Shown piece by piece: positions 12,357 through 23,846 of a stretch of 32,000 bases of DNA. The stretch comes from Zygophlyctis sp. KS116 (Eukaryota; Fungi; Chytridiomycota). Where the stretch lies: contig BAAFSQ010000061.1 in assembly GCA_054661495.1 (NCBI GenBank), positions 1 to 32,000 on the forward strand, given 5' to 3'. Numbering within the stretch: the stretch's first letter is position 1; every line of letters begins with the position of its first letter. The notes beneath the pieces were generated by a model. It had not been told where the DNA came from. It searched no databases and worked only from the letters and a program-made list of their open reading frames with translations. The position numbers and the translations under genes are program-made.

Positions 12357-12542
12357 AAAGTTTAAAGAATTCATCCAGATTAACTCACATAATCATCATG
12401 TTTTCAAAGTACACTACAATTAGAAACTAATAGTTATTCCCGTAAAATATAATCATGGCCTTGTTTATGAACCCATTAAATCAGAGTTGTAGTCTTTTAA
12501 AGAATTTTCCAATATCTCAAGTCCGATCTGAGAAAGTCATAT

Positions 12543-14793
12543 TTACCAAAAAGAATCAATAGTACCAGATATTTGTTCTTTTACTTCGAATTGAGTTTGA
12601 GGGCCGGATTCTAAAAGTTTATTAGAGTAATAAGATCCAACAGACTCTTTTAAAGTCGCAATAGTGATGTGTGGAAACTTATTACCACATTGTACATTTG
12701 TAGGAAGTTGAACTTGAACAGCAATCGCGTTTTCATCCCATACGACCTTGGTCATGGTAATTTCCTGAATTTTCTTTTTGAGTAATTCTGTCTGATTTGT
12801 ATCGTAAAAGGAATATTCTTGCTTGTGAACGTCTTTATATGCAAGAGTAATATGAAAGACTTTGTCCAATGATATATGTGCTTTTGCATTTTCCCAAAAC
12901 GTAACATCCTCTTGCCTTTTTTGAAAACATGAATCCAGAAATGATATAATATCATCATTTATCCGAATTGCATAGTATCTAACTTTGATTTTCTTAACTG
13001 AAGTATATTTAAAGGATTCTGGCTTTTCTTCTTCTAACTTTAAAAAAAGTTTATCAAGTTGCTCTTTTGGCGGAACATCCCATGATAGCTCCTTACAAAC
13101 TTCTTCTAGATTCTGAAAAGAATCATCAAAGAGATTCAATTTGACAACCTTATCAATGGCATAATCGGAAGGAAGAGTTTTATCTAAAGGATCTCTTTTA
13201 GTTAGGAAATTTCGAATTATGACTTCAAACTGTGGGACACGAATAGGAGTCAAACTTTGGTGTCTTTCACCTCTATAATTTATCATAGAAAATATACCTT
13301 ATAACTATTCTCTTTTTGCAAAATTTAATTACTTTAGATTTGTCATATTTTTCCACTTGCCAGTCTAGAGCCAAAACATAACCATTAGTGTATTTTTCTC
13401 TAAATTTCATTGCTAAACTTTGACGATGTTGAAACAAGTGATTATTTTTATCTGCAAAAACCACATCATGGCTATTAAAAGCCTCCAAAACAGCATTTAT
13501 AAAATGATTGGCTGTATTTCTTTTAGGCATATTATCACTTTGAACATGCTCTAATTTTACTGGACAAATCATTTTTAACAATTTTCCCAGAGTACTTTTC
13601 CCAGCACCCACAATAGAGACTGGTATAATTAGAATTTTTGATTTTAAATTTCCCTGTTCCTTAAAATCGGCTTTATATTGATATTCTTGATCTACAATCC
13701 CTTTTAAATTTTCCTTTTCTTCTTGTAAAAACGCATTCCGTGCCTTTATAATCCCCTTATTTTCCAAAAACCCATCAAAATATCCCAAATCTTGATTTAA
13801 TTTCTTATGAACCCATGTCATATACTTTATTGTTTCATGAAAATGAATTTTGAGGCTTGGCTCCACAGTTTCTTTAAAGAGTATTGATTCTTCAGATTTC
13901 ACAATGTCCTTGATATTTGACAAATTATTTTGAGATAAAATATATCTTGAAGCCTGTCTAAATTCCCTATACATCAAATAAGGCCTTTGAAATTTATATT
14001 TTAAAAATAATGGAGCATCATCTTTTCTAGTCCTTAATACAAAACCTTCAATCTCTTGTCCATTTAAAGTCCCATTTTCTTCTACATCCTTTAAATATGC
14101 CTTTAATTCTCCAACATTTGTAAACTCTAATCTTTGAGGAGATAAAAGCCCAAATTTTTTAGCTACTTTATCTACTTGTTCAATTTCCCAAGTATTAAAT
14201 TCCAGAGTATTGTAATTTATACCATGTAAATATAATCCAAATTTACTAGCGGGATAATCTAGAACATGTTCTTCAAAATCCTGATCTATCAATTCAGCAA
14301 CCAGTGTAATTTTCTGATTTAAAAATAGTAGTAAATCGCCAACAGTTTTCCCTGCTTTTTCCAATAAATAAAGTAACCATTCTCTTCCCTTTTGAGCATG
14401 ATCCCCATCAATAGCATTTTTTGAAGTGACAATTAATTCATTCTGTACACTAGAAATAAAAATAATACATCCATTCTCCTTTACCGAGAGATTTATTCCA
14501 TTGACAGACTCTAGAGCCTCCCAACCCGAGAGACTTGAGCCAGAAACACTCTTATCATCAACTATAATAATAAAATAATAAAAAATACAATTGTAAAACT
14601 TATCATATCCTCTTATAACAATTATATTTTGACCATTTTCTTCCAAAACAAAGAATCCTCTTGGTTTAAAGTCTGAAATACAAAAGGATTTAAGGGAATA
14701 ACAGATTAAATCAAGAGAATTATAGGAAAATACTCTTCTTTTCAACTTTTTAGTCTTGTAATCAGCCAAATAAACAGACAAATCTTTATTCAT
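12543..14793 (-). CDS. TRL1: Fungal trifunctional tRNA ligase (adenylyltransferase + kinase + cyclic phosphodiesterase)
   Basis: Ligase motifs IRGYDKF, KENG, EEHV, EGFVLR, LKYK. Kinase P-loop IVGAGKST and DKNNH. CPD motifs HITL and HITI. Introns 14562-14588 (27) and 13273-13297 (25). Confidence 0.92.
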
Positions 14794-15887
14794 TTTCGAG
14801 TAAATATTTAAGTGCCAAATCTGCAATTAAAACAGATCTTGTTCTTTCTAGTTTAGGAGCAAATGCACTAGACTTGTAAGAAGCTCTTTCAGAATTTATT
14901 ACTATTTTTTAAAATTTAATAAAACTTACACAAGTGAAGAAGAAATTCCCTAGATATAACATCAGTTCCTATAATTGGTGGTTCTGGAAGAGTTGGAGTA
15001 AATCCAGGTACTCCAATTTTAGTAGCAATTGTGATTTTATACTTTGAATCAATAGGTTGAACAAGAATTATAATGTGATTTTGTTTAGAGACTATAGAAG
15101 ATAATTGAAAAGGTTCTTGAGATTCTTGAAATATTAAAACAACAATATCATTTCCTATATGTCTTTTTCTATCAATTCTTTGAGAATCTTGAGGATTTAA
15201 AGGTAATAAAGTAGAAATATGAAACATGACATCAAAACCCTGCCATCTAGTAAATATAGATGTTTTTCCAGTTAAATTCTTGCCAGAAGTATCTAATCCA
15301 CCTCTATATCCTTTCCAGTCTGCTAATTCTATTTCTTCTCCTAGAAATTTACAAAAATTTTTGTATTCTTGAGATGTATTTTCTTGTAAATTTGATAAAC
15401 TTTGAAATTCTGTAGTTTGTCCTTGTGTTAGATATAATACACCAAATTTAAAGGATTTAACCAATTGAGATTCTTCCATTTGAATTAATTCTAGAGGTAA
15501 ATCAACATTTTTGATCAAGTTCAAGTTAAAATTGACTAAATCAGGATTAATCCAAGTAAATAGCTCTGAAATTGATGGTTTTAATCCTAGCATCTGTCTC
15601 CACCAACTTTTATGAATTTCAGTCTCTAAAATCATAAACTTTTCATTTCCCTGTCCAGTTCTTAGAATTGCCTTGAAAGTATTTTTATGATTGACTATAG
15701 ATAGCGAGACTGGGCCTCTATGAGATTCTAGAGATAAGAAATTTAAATGTGGTCTTGATAAAAACATATCTCTATACCACAGAATATCTTTTTCTAGTTC
15801 TTCAGATAGTGGTTGTTGTAGAGAAGAGACTTGAGAGTTTACACTTGTGTTTAATAAAATGAATTCTGAGCCTCCCGTTGTCATCAT
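14786..15887 (-). CDS. Rap/Ran-GAP domain protein
   Basis: FKFGVLY, GYRGGLD, VMFHISTLLP, RKRHIGNDIVVLIFQE. A 28-nt intron (14902-14929) adds the family-like C-terminal exon LINSERASYKSSAFAPKLERTR..ENE*. Start placed at ATG 15887. Confidence 0.88.
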
Positions 15888-15959
15888 TTTATTCACAGCC
15901 AATGAATGACCTTGACTCTTTGCTACAAATCTCAAAATTGTATTTTATATCTTGCATTT

Positions 15960-16968
15960 TTAAGCTGAATATTCAGTAAATTCTGCATGTCCAGTCTCCA
16001 TTGCATGCTTTTGAGCCTCATTTTGTCCTATTAATCCCATTCTACAAATTCCACATCTTAGACTAAAATTTGCCAAATCTGTATACTTGTGCTTCTCTTT
16101 TAATCTACTTGCTAATCTTAATGCAGCATCTAATATTTCAGTCTTGAAACTTGAAAACACTGTCACATCAAAATCTTTAGGTCCATCTTGTAAAGGTGAA
16201 ATCGCCAAAACATCATAATGAATTCCAGAATATAATAATAAAACTCTAGAATCGTATTTATCTTGTCCAAATCTATCTACTCTTAATGTAGATATATCTA
16301 TAGAATCTATTTCTAATCCTATAAATATTTTTAAAATTACCAGTTTTATAATATTCTGAAAATATAGCTAATTCTATTCCACCACCCCAAGAATTTAAAT
16401 TTGTAATCCAATTACAGTATTCTATAGGATCTCTTCCTAATATAACTTTAGGATATTCTATAGGATTCTCTAGAATATAATCTCTTACAATTTGTCGTTG
16501 TTTACTATGTAACTCTACATTTCTTTCTAGCACATATGCAATAGAACGAAATAAACAAGAATTATCATCCTTCATTTCTCTAATTACCAAGAATCCATCT
16601 TGCAACTTTTCACTTTTAATATTGTCCTTGTTGGTTGAAATATCATTATCATTACGAGCAATACTAGTAGTACCAGTATTAAGCGTACTTTGGGCGCTAG
16701 TATCAAGTGTACTCTTAACAATAAGAGTACTTTTAGAATTAAGAGTATCAAGAGAGGGAAATATAAGAATCTGATCGCCATTTCTAATAGAGTCTGATAT
16801 TCTAGATCCGCCCAGTGTTGACGGTGGAAATCCAACTTTTAATTCAAAATTTGAAATTCCAGTGACAGAAATTACAAGAGCATGTAGTTCTTGTAAACTT
16901 GCTGTTGGATCTACTTGTTGTAGTGTCCATTTATCACCAGATTTTGGATTTTTAACTGAAATTCTCAT
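15960..16968 (-). CDS. OTU1: OTU1/YOD1 deubiquitinase (UBX-like + OTU + C2H2 zinc finger)
   Basis: LKVGFPP, catalytic DDNSCLF, WGGGIEL, YSGIHYD (after the 28-nt intron 16313-16340), and CGIC..HAMETGH. Confidence 0.93.
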
Positions 16969-17081
16969 GGTTAAACTAGAATTTCTTAAGAATTTCTTTG
17001 AGACGAGAGGCTATAAGAATTAATAGTATTTAATTTTACAATATTATAGCACTAAAGGAAATTGGAGCTTCGGAAGTTAAA

Positions 17082-19405
17082 ATGGATAATTACAAGAGCT
17101 GGAAAGGAATTACAAACTATTCCAGTCTTTCAGACTCTACAGAATTTCATTTAAAGACTTGGAAGGCTTCAGACAAGTCTTGGGTTACAAGTAGAAATGG
17201 TGTTTTTAGAAAACCATTAGATACTAGAGGTCAATCTAATAAGAAGGGAGTACAAGATGTTTCTATTAAAACAGAAAATGTAAAACTTAATGTACAAAAT
17301 CACTCTGAGAATCAGTCTAATACTGTCAATACTAATAATTCTCTGTTGGAAAATCTGTCCGAAAATCTGAATTATGGTCAATCAAGGAATCAAGTTGATA
17401 GACTAGACTTGGAAGAGTATAGTACGCGTTTAAAGAACTTGGCTGCTCAAACGGCTCTGGAAAGGAAAAGAGATGGTAAAAGAGTATTTATTCTGTAAAA
17501 TAATTTTAATAGTTGTTGTCAAATGATAGGACAATGTTGTTACAAAATGAAAGACAAAGATATGATGCTTTAGAATCAGATTATCAGACTCTATTAGGAC
17601 AAGTTGAAAAATTACAAAATTCGCATTCAGTAGAGATTTCTACAATTTTAAAGAAATCAAAGACGGCTCAAAGAGCTTTAGGACATGCATTGGATTTAAA
17701 GTCTTTGGAAATTGTAGAATTAAATAGAAATGTAAAAGAATGGCAGTCTAGGTATGCCGATGAATCTGCTAAATGGGTTTTTGCAAATCAAGGATTAAAA
17801 GAAAAATTTCATCCATTACAAGTTCAAGTCAACGAAATTAGAGGGGATTTGGAATCTAAAGAAAAAATTATATCTAAATTAAAGGAAAAGTTGACTCAAT
17901 CGGTTCAAAATTATGAAATTAAACAAGATGAATTAAACAGGTTTGTAAAGTCTTTTAGAAGGACAGAGTCAAGTTTTAATAGGGAAAGAGAGGCATGGTT
18001 AGACTTGAAAATGGAATTATCGGACAAAAATAGGGAATTAGAAACTCTAAAAAAGGAGAATGAAGATTTGAAATTGGGAATATCTAAAAGTAATCAGACA
18101 ATAACGGATATTTCTTCGCTTAAACCTGTTTTAGATGAAGCTAAAAGGAAAATTCAGATTCTATTAGAGAGAGAACAGGACTATTTAGATAAGTTGGAGG
18201 ATCTTTCTATAGAGAATACAAAATATTTACAAGAAAATCAAGTGCTAAAAGACTCTATGCAGTCTCTAGAAAAAGAATTTTTGGTTTTAAATGGGAATTA
18301 TGGAATTTCTTTAAAAGAAATTGAGTCTTTAAGAATTTCTAATCAAGAAAATTTAGATTTAAATTCTAAATTAAACAATACTAAAGATCAGGATATTTGT
18401 CATATTAACGATTTAGCATCAAAATTAGATTTGTTAAAAACTGAAAACATCAAAAATCAAGAAAAAGCATCTGGACTGTCACGGCTTAATGAAGAATTGA
18501 CACGACAAAATCGACAGTTGCAAAAGGAAATTGAATATTCTAAAACTTGCTCTGGAGAATACTATAATAGGATAGAATCTTTAATGCAAGAAAAATCAGC
18601 AATGTCATCTACACTCTTACTAGTCCAGCAGGATTTGTATGATCTGACAAACAGATTTCAAGAACAATCGGAATTGTTAGATCTTGAAAAAAGTAGTAAA
18701 GCAGGATTTATCAAGGAAAATTCTATCAAATTTCAAAATGTTACTAGTCGAATTAATAATCTTCAATCCACAATCGAAGAAACATCAAAATTACTCGCAG
18801 AATACAAAAACAATGAAATAACTCTTCGTGGAAATCTGTCTGAAAGAAATGATTTACTTCAAGAAAAAGAGTTGGAAATTTTACAATTAAGAAACTCTTG
18901 TATCTCTCTACAAGACTCTCTTTCAAATCAATCCAAAGAATTTAAAGATGTAACGGAATCTAGAAAACTTCAAGTTTCTAGACTCTCTGAAATGTATGAA
19001 TCTGATCTTGAATCCTTCAAAACCAAGATTTCTAATTTATTGTCTGAATTAGAGTCTAAAAAGACTCATATTAATGAATCTAAAATCGAAGTTACTAATC
19101 TCAAGTATGAAAACGCTAGTCTGGTTGGTGAAATCAGTCATTTAAGGAGTGAAATACAAAAGGGAGAGTCTGGAGAGACAAGTTTAAAATCAAGACTGGC
19201 ATCTCTAGAGTCTTTAATTTCAACATTTGAATCTCAAGTTTCAATGTATAAATCTAAAATATCTAGTCTAGAGTCTCAAATATCAGTTTTAGAAAAGGAA
19301 TCTCAAATATCCAAAAAGAATTTCAGTTTTGAACCATTGAGTTTGGGAAAACTTCAAGAAAAATTAACTCAACAATTGGATTCAATCGTAGAAAATCAAT
19401 TCTGA
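17082..19405 (+). CDS. Long coiled-coil protein of unknown function
   Basis: ORFs 17082..17498 and 17513..19405 join through a 29-nt intron (17484-17512). Heptad-like E/K/L/Q/S-rich sequence throughout, with no recognisable catalytic motif. Confidence 0.75.
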
Positions 19406-19560
19406 GATTTTATTGGTTCTAGAATCTGTAGCAAGTGAAGAACATCTTTTTCAATTTCAGCTTCCTTCAAGGCTGCCAAGGCTGATAATTTTTGAAGAGA
19501 AATTTTTGAATTTTCTATTGGTCTGACTGGTAATTTTTGAACTGGTTCAAGTAGACAAGG

Positions 19561-19995
19561 ATGCAAGACTTTGGACCAAGACTTCCGCCTCATTTATTGA
19601 AGAGAAAAGCAGAAGAAAACCCCAAATTTAAATCTAGAGCTAGTAGTAGTTCTAGATCAAGTGGTAGTGATGATTCTAGTGGTAGTTCTAGTGATGACAT
19701 GATTGGACCAGTTCCAGTCTCTCAATCTCTGCCAGTATCTAAAAAAAAGAAGAGAGAATCTCAAAAGAGTGCAGTCAGGACTGTTGATAATCCTCTAGAT
19801 AAAACTCTGCAAGTTGCTCAAGACAAGGATGAAACCAAAAAATCTCTCTTGCAACAACATCAGTCAACGAATATGGGAAATAAATTACCTCTAGATCTTA
19901 ACCAAGTCAGAAACATTATGGCTCCACTAAAAAGAGAATCAATAATTGAACAAGCTAAATCTCTAGATTCTAGATTTACTAAAAATTCTTTATAG
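19561..19995 (+). CDS. GPALPP-motif (DUF3752-like) small protein
   Basis: FGPRLPPHLLKRK, Ser/Asp-rich tract, MIGPVP, and C-terminal LDSRF. Confidence 0.6.
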   Translation: MQDFGPRLPPHLLKRKAEENPKFKSRASSSSRSSGSDDSSGSSSDDMIGPVPVSQSLPVSKKKKRESQKSAVRTVDNPLDKTLQVAQDKDETKKSLLQQHQSTNMGNKLPLDLNQVRNIMAPLKRESIIEQAKSLDSRFTKNSL

Positions 19996-20899
19996 ATTCC
20001 TCTTGTTTTAAATCACTCTTGAGAAAAGAATAATGTAGATAAACTAGAGGTATAGTACTTAAATGCCATATAGAATGTGCATCTAAAATTCCAAAAATTG
20101 GTGAAAAATCAAATACTTCCAAACACATTGCGCAAGTAATTAAAATAACAAATGCAACTTGCTTTAGTCCATAATCAGTCTTGATTCCAACTCTAAAATA
20201 CCATAAAATCCATTGTAAATTAGTTAAAAACCCAAAACTTATTCCAATAATCATATTATAAGAATAATCAAATGCTCCAAAAGACAAATATAATACATGT
20301 CCTATATAGTAAATAGTAAGAAATCTCTTTAGAGTCTTTTGAGATTTTAGAGATAAATTCCAAGATTTTACAGTAGCAATAAAAAAAGAATATTCTAAAC
20401 CCATGATTGCCATGTAATAATCTGCTTTTTCTGTAATTGGGAAATCTCTAGAATGAAATATTGTCGAAGCAATCCATAAAAGTATAGAAATTCTAGAAAA
20501 ATTCATGTAAATATTTCGTAAATGAGATTCTCTAAAACTTTCTAGTACTTTATAGCCTTTTAAATGAGCAATCATATTTCCTAGAGAGAAAATCACTGAA
20601 GCTGGTTCCTGTATTCCTAAAATTCTAGTAAATGGCCATTTCCCATAGTATTGTAGCAGTGGCAGTCCTTGAGAAGAGCGAACAGAAGAAAAATACTGCA
20701 TGCAAGTGTATTTACAATTATCCAAACAAGACCAACCAGTTAATTTCAAGAATAAATTTAGATCTGAAATACAATTATTAGATTTACATTTTTCCTGTCT
20801 TATACAAGCCTGAAATTCTTGTAGTCTATCTCCTGCTGAGCCTGAAACTATTCCAAATATTACTATTAATACTACCAGTTTTAGAAACACTCTAATCAT
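19979..20899 (-). CDS. PER1: PER1/PGAP3 GPI remodelling protein
   Basis: SAGDR, GWSCLDNCKYTCM, QYYGKWPF, GIQEPASVIFS, FHSRD, TEKADY, DAHSIWH. Confidence 0.93.
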   Translation of the reverse strand: MIRVFLKLVVLIVIFGIVSGSAGDRLQEFQACIRQEKCKSNNCISDLNLFLKLTGWSCLDNCKYTCMQYFSSVRSSQGLPLLQYYGKWPFTRILGIQEPASVIFSLGNMIAHLKGYKVLESFRESHLRNIYMNFSRISILLWIASTIFHSRDFPITEKADYYMAIMGLEYSFFIATVKSWNLSLKSQKTLKRFLTIYYIGHVLYLSFGAFDYSYNMIIGISFGFLTNLQWILWYFRVGIKTDYGLKQVAFVILITCAMCLEVFDFSPIFGILDAHSIWHLSTIPLVYLHYSFLKSDLKQEESIKNF

Positions 20900-20969
20900 T
20901 TTAAAAGTCGATATCTTTTTTTTTTAAATTTAAATTGTAAAATTATCTACTTAAAGTAGACTATAGTGA

Positions 20970-21582
20970 CTATAGTCCTTTAGAGACAAACAAGACATGA
21001 TCTACAATATCTGTAATAGATTCTTCAAATTTAAATTCTTTTGGAGATTTCTCAGTCACTTTTAAAGGTAATAACCATCCTATATCATAAAATATTAAAA
21101 TTATTACCTGCTCCTGCATCAATATCCCAATTTCTTTCACGTACAGATTTACCAATTAAATCAGTTGGAATTCCTAGTATAGACGATGCTTTTCCAGGTT
21201 CAATTGAAATATATACTTTAGAGAGTCTAGAGAATTGTGATTCTCCTAAAGAGACTTTAAAATGTTGAATTAAAATAGAATTAATTTCATAGTTCCAAGT
21301 GAAATTAGAAATTCTGAGGAAAAGTTTCCTATATTGAAATGAAGCTAATAAAGTAGCAATTTCAGACCATTGATTGCAATCATGATCAGTTTTAGAAATT
21401 CTTTTAATCAAGAATCTTAATGGAACAATTTGATTTAAAATACAATAAATTCCAGCTAAAATACAAGTAAATTCAGGAGTTGATTCATTTCCTAGACTGT
21501 AAGTTTGTAATTCATAGTCTTGAAGAATATTTTGAATCTTGTAATAGTCTTTTGAAGCGAGTAAATATGATATTTCTTGCAT
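20970..21582 (-). CDS. PCI-domain protein, CSN8/PSMD8/eIF3K family (COP9 signalosome subunit 8-like)
   Basis: ORF 21085..21582 joined by a 28-nt intron (21080-21107) to GWLLP..VDHVLFVSKGL*. Motifs LRFLIKRI, LSKVYISI..ASSILG and WDID. Confidence 0.6.
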
Positions 21583-21650
21583 TTTTGCTCTTTCACTTCT
21601 AATTTATTCACAACAAACTCAATACTCACATAAAAAATCTTAAAAAAGTC

Positions 21651-22355
21651 TTACAATCGATCTATAATTTTCAAGACAATCAAATACACAAATAAACTTG
21701 ATAATACCAACAGTTTCCAATCAATGACAGATCGAACGTTGCTAGAAGGGGTGACTACAGGCGCAGGACCACTGTGAGATGGGAGAGCAGGAGAGGCGTT
21801 GGGTGGGGTAGAATGAGAGTTTGAAGCAAGATCTGGAAATACTTTTAGAAATTTTGGGTTTGATCTATTGAATTCAAAAGATGATTTGGCCAATTGTTTT
21901 TTTGTAGCTACAGATGTATCTATAGATCCAGTAGTAAATGTATCTTCTACTATAATATTATTATTTTTTAAAAAATTACACATAAATGAGAGTAATCCCG
22001 TTAAAATTGTTGATACAGACCATGCAGGATTCCAAGTTCCAGGATGGAAATCAGACATTGATAGGCATAGACGTGTATTAGTTGCAAATCTACCATTGGG
22101 AGTAATCATTTTAATAGCTAAAAGTAAGTTGAGAATATAATTCTTACTGGGAGGTTTATAAGGATAGTCGGATGGAAAGATTAATTTCCCATGATATTCT
22201 CCACCTTCAAAAGGAGTTTCTGGAGGGCCCTGAATCACATAATGAAATTCTAAAATGTTGGATTCTAATGGTCGAGCTAATATAAATGGCGGTGGGTTTT
22301 TCTCAAGTGCTAGAGCTTCTTTTGTGAGTCTTTTAAGTGCTGATTTTGACGCCAT
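21651..22355 (-). CDS. UBC6: ER tail-anchored ubiquitin-conjugating enzyme E2 (Ubc6/UBE2J2)
   Basis: GGEYHGKL, YPYKPP, TPNGRF..TRLCLSMSDFHP..WNPAWSV, and a C-terminal TM helix. Two in-frame 30-nt introns: 22118-22147 and 21950-21979. Confidence 0.95.
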   Translation of the reverse strand: MASKSALKRLTKEALALEKNPPPFILARPLESNILEFHYVIQGPPETPFEGGEYHGKLIFPSDYPYKPPSKNYILNLLLAIKMITPNGRFATNTRLCLSMSDFHPGTWNPAWSVSTILTGLLSFMCNFLKNNNIIVEDTFTTGSIDTSVATKKQLAKSSFEFNRSNPKFLKVFPDLASNSHSTPPNASPALPSHSGPAPVVTPSSNVRSVIDWKLLVLSSLFVYLIVLKIIDRL

Positions 22356-22378
22356 TTTTTAAGGTTTTTTCAAGTTTT

Positions 22379-23743
22379 TTAATATGGTAAACTATCAAAT
22401 AGAAAACTCACAGATTCTCCATTGTGAATTCTTCTAATAGCTTCCGCAAACAGAGTTTTTACTTCCATAACTTTCATTTTTGGGCAGTATTTTAAATGTT
22501 CTTCTTGAGGAACAGTGTTGGATACGACAACTTCATCTATAAATGATGCATTGATTCTTTCAATAGCATTACCAGACATGATACCATGTGTAATAAGTGC
22601 AATTATTCTTATAGCACCATGATCATGAAGGTATCGGGCTGCTTTAGTAATTGTAATTGAAGTATCTGCAATATCATCAACCAAGATACAAACTGTAAAA
22701 TTAATGAGTATGATTTACCTTTTCCCGTGACATCTCCAATAATGTTCATATTATCTCTACTTTCAAAATTTTCTCGTTCACGATGAATTAGTGCAAAATC
22801 CATCTTTAGCTTATTTGCTATACTAGAAGCTCTTTTAGCACCTCCAGCATCTGGTGAGACAATAACAGCAGATTTATAATCTGGAACTTTTTCTCTAATC
22901 CATTTTACTAAAAGTGGTTTTGAATAAAGGTTATCTACTGGGATATCAAAAAGACCTTGAAATTGAGGATCATGAAGATCCATTGTAATAATATGATCTG
23001 CTCCTAAATATTAAAATTTCTAAAATATTAACCTGCTGCAACCAACATATTTGCAATCAATGTTCCACTTTTAGCAGTCCAGTGATGATAACCATTACTT
23101 GAATCATTTGCTATAGAATGAAGTGGTATCATACTATCAACTGAAGGCGCTTGATGTAAAGATAATACTTCAATATTTGGAAAACTAGTACTTCTAGTTG
23201 ACATTCGCGGATTATCCTTTGCAATTGTTGAGGATGTACGTTTTCTATTGACAGGTTTTTCAATTTCATTTGGAAATTTAATATGAAGCTGTTTCCTATC
23301 TGGAGATGGACAAGGACTCGTAGCTCCCTGAACTAAATCCTGATATTTTGCATATGAATCTGCATTCATTCTAGATAAATTTTGACTTGAAACTGTACCA
23401 TTTCTCTTTGAGAATGACTGATCAGGCTGTCTTGCATAAGGAAAACATGGTAATACAACTGTAATCTTTCTAGCAGATGCAGTCCTACAGGCAGCAATCT
23501 ATAATCAATACTCATCTTAAATACCATGATCAGTAATTCCATGAAAACATCATTAACTTCTCCACAACCAGAAGACACGATATAAGTGTCAATATCTCTC
23601 ACAGATTCTCCAATCTCTACATTAGTTTCCTTGTTTGAAAACTTTGATAGCTTCACTCGACCTAGAGAGATTCCTAAAGTTTCAGCGATCGACTGTGAAA
23701 GCGTTGGATGTGCAGATCCACTAAAAAGGACAATATTTCTCAT
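22379..23743 (-). CDS. PRS5: Ribose-phosphate pyrophosphokinase, PRS5-type with a non-homologous insertion
   Basis: [16 protein letters not shown], then a Ser/Pro-rich insert of about 100 aa, then [43 protein letters not shown]. Introns 23499-23524 (26), 23004-23032 (29) and 22693-22718 (26). Confidence 0.88.
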
Positions 23744-23846
23744 TATCTCGGATCAATTTTCTCACAAATTTGATTTCCTAGTGCATCAGCGACCCATTGG
23801 CGACCTATGACCAAGTCACGTCACGCGCACCCGTTCAAACGCAAAA
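23744..23846. promoter_or_regulatory. Compact bidirectional promoter region between PRS5 and DIS3L2
   Basis: 103 nt between divergent start codons, with a GC-rich core containing ATTGG (23796-23800) and GTCACGTCACGCG (23815-23827). Confidence 0.5.

Noticed and set aside
12357-12542. Extra TRL1 exon via a 19-nt GT-AG segment at the stop codon
   Set aside because: It is below the 24-nt floor seen in all other introns, and the CPD domain appears complete at the existing stop.
19396-19593. Minus-strand 65-aa ORF
   Set aside because: It overlaps both neighbouring genes and has no recognisable motif, so it is likely spurious.
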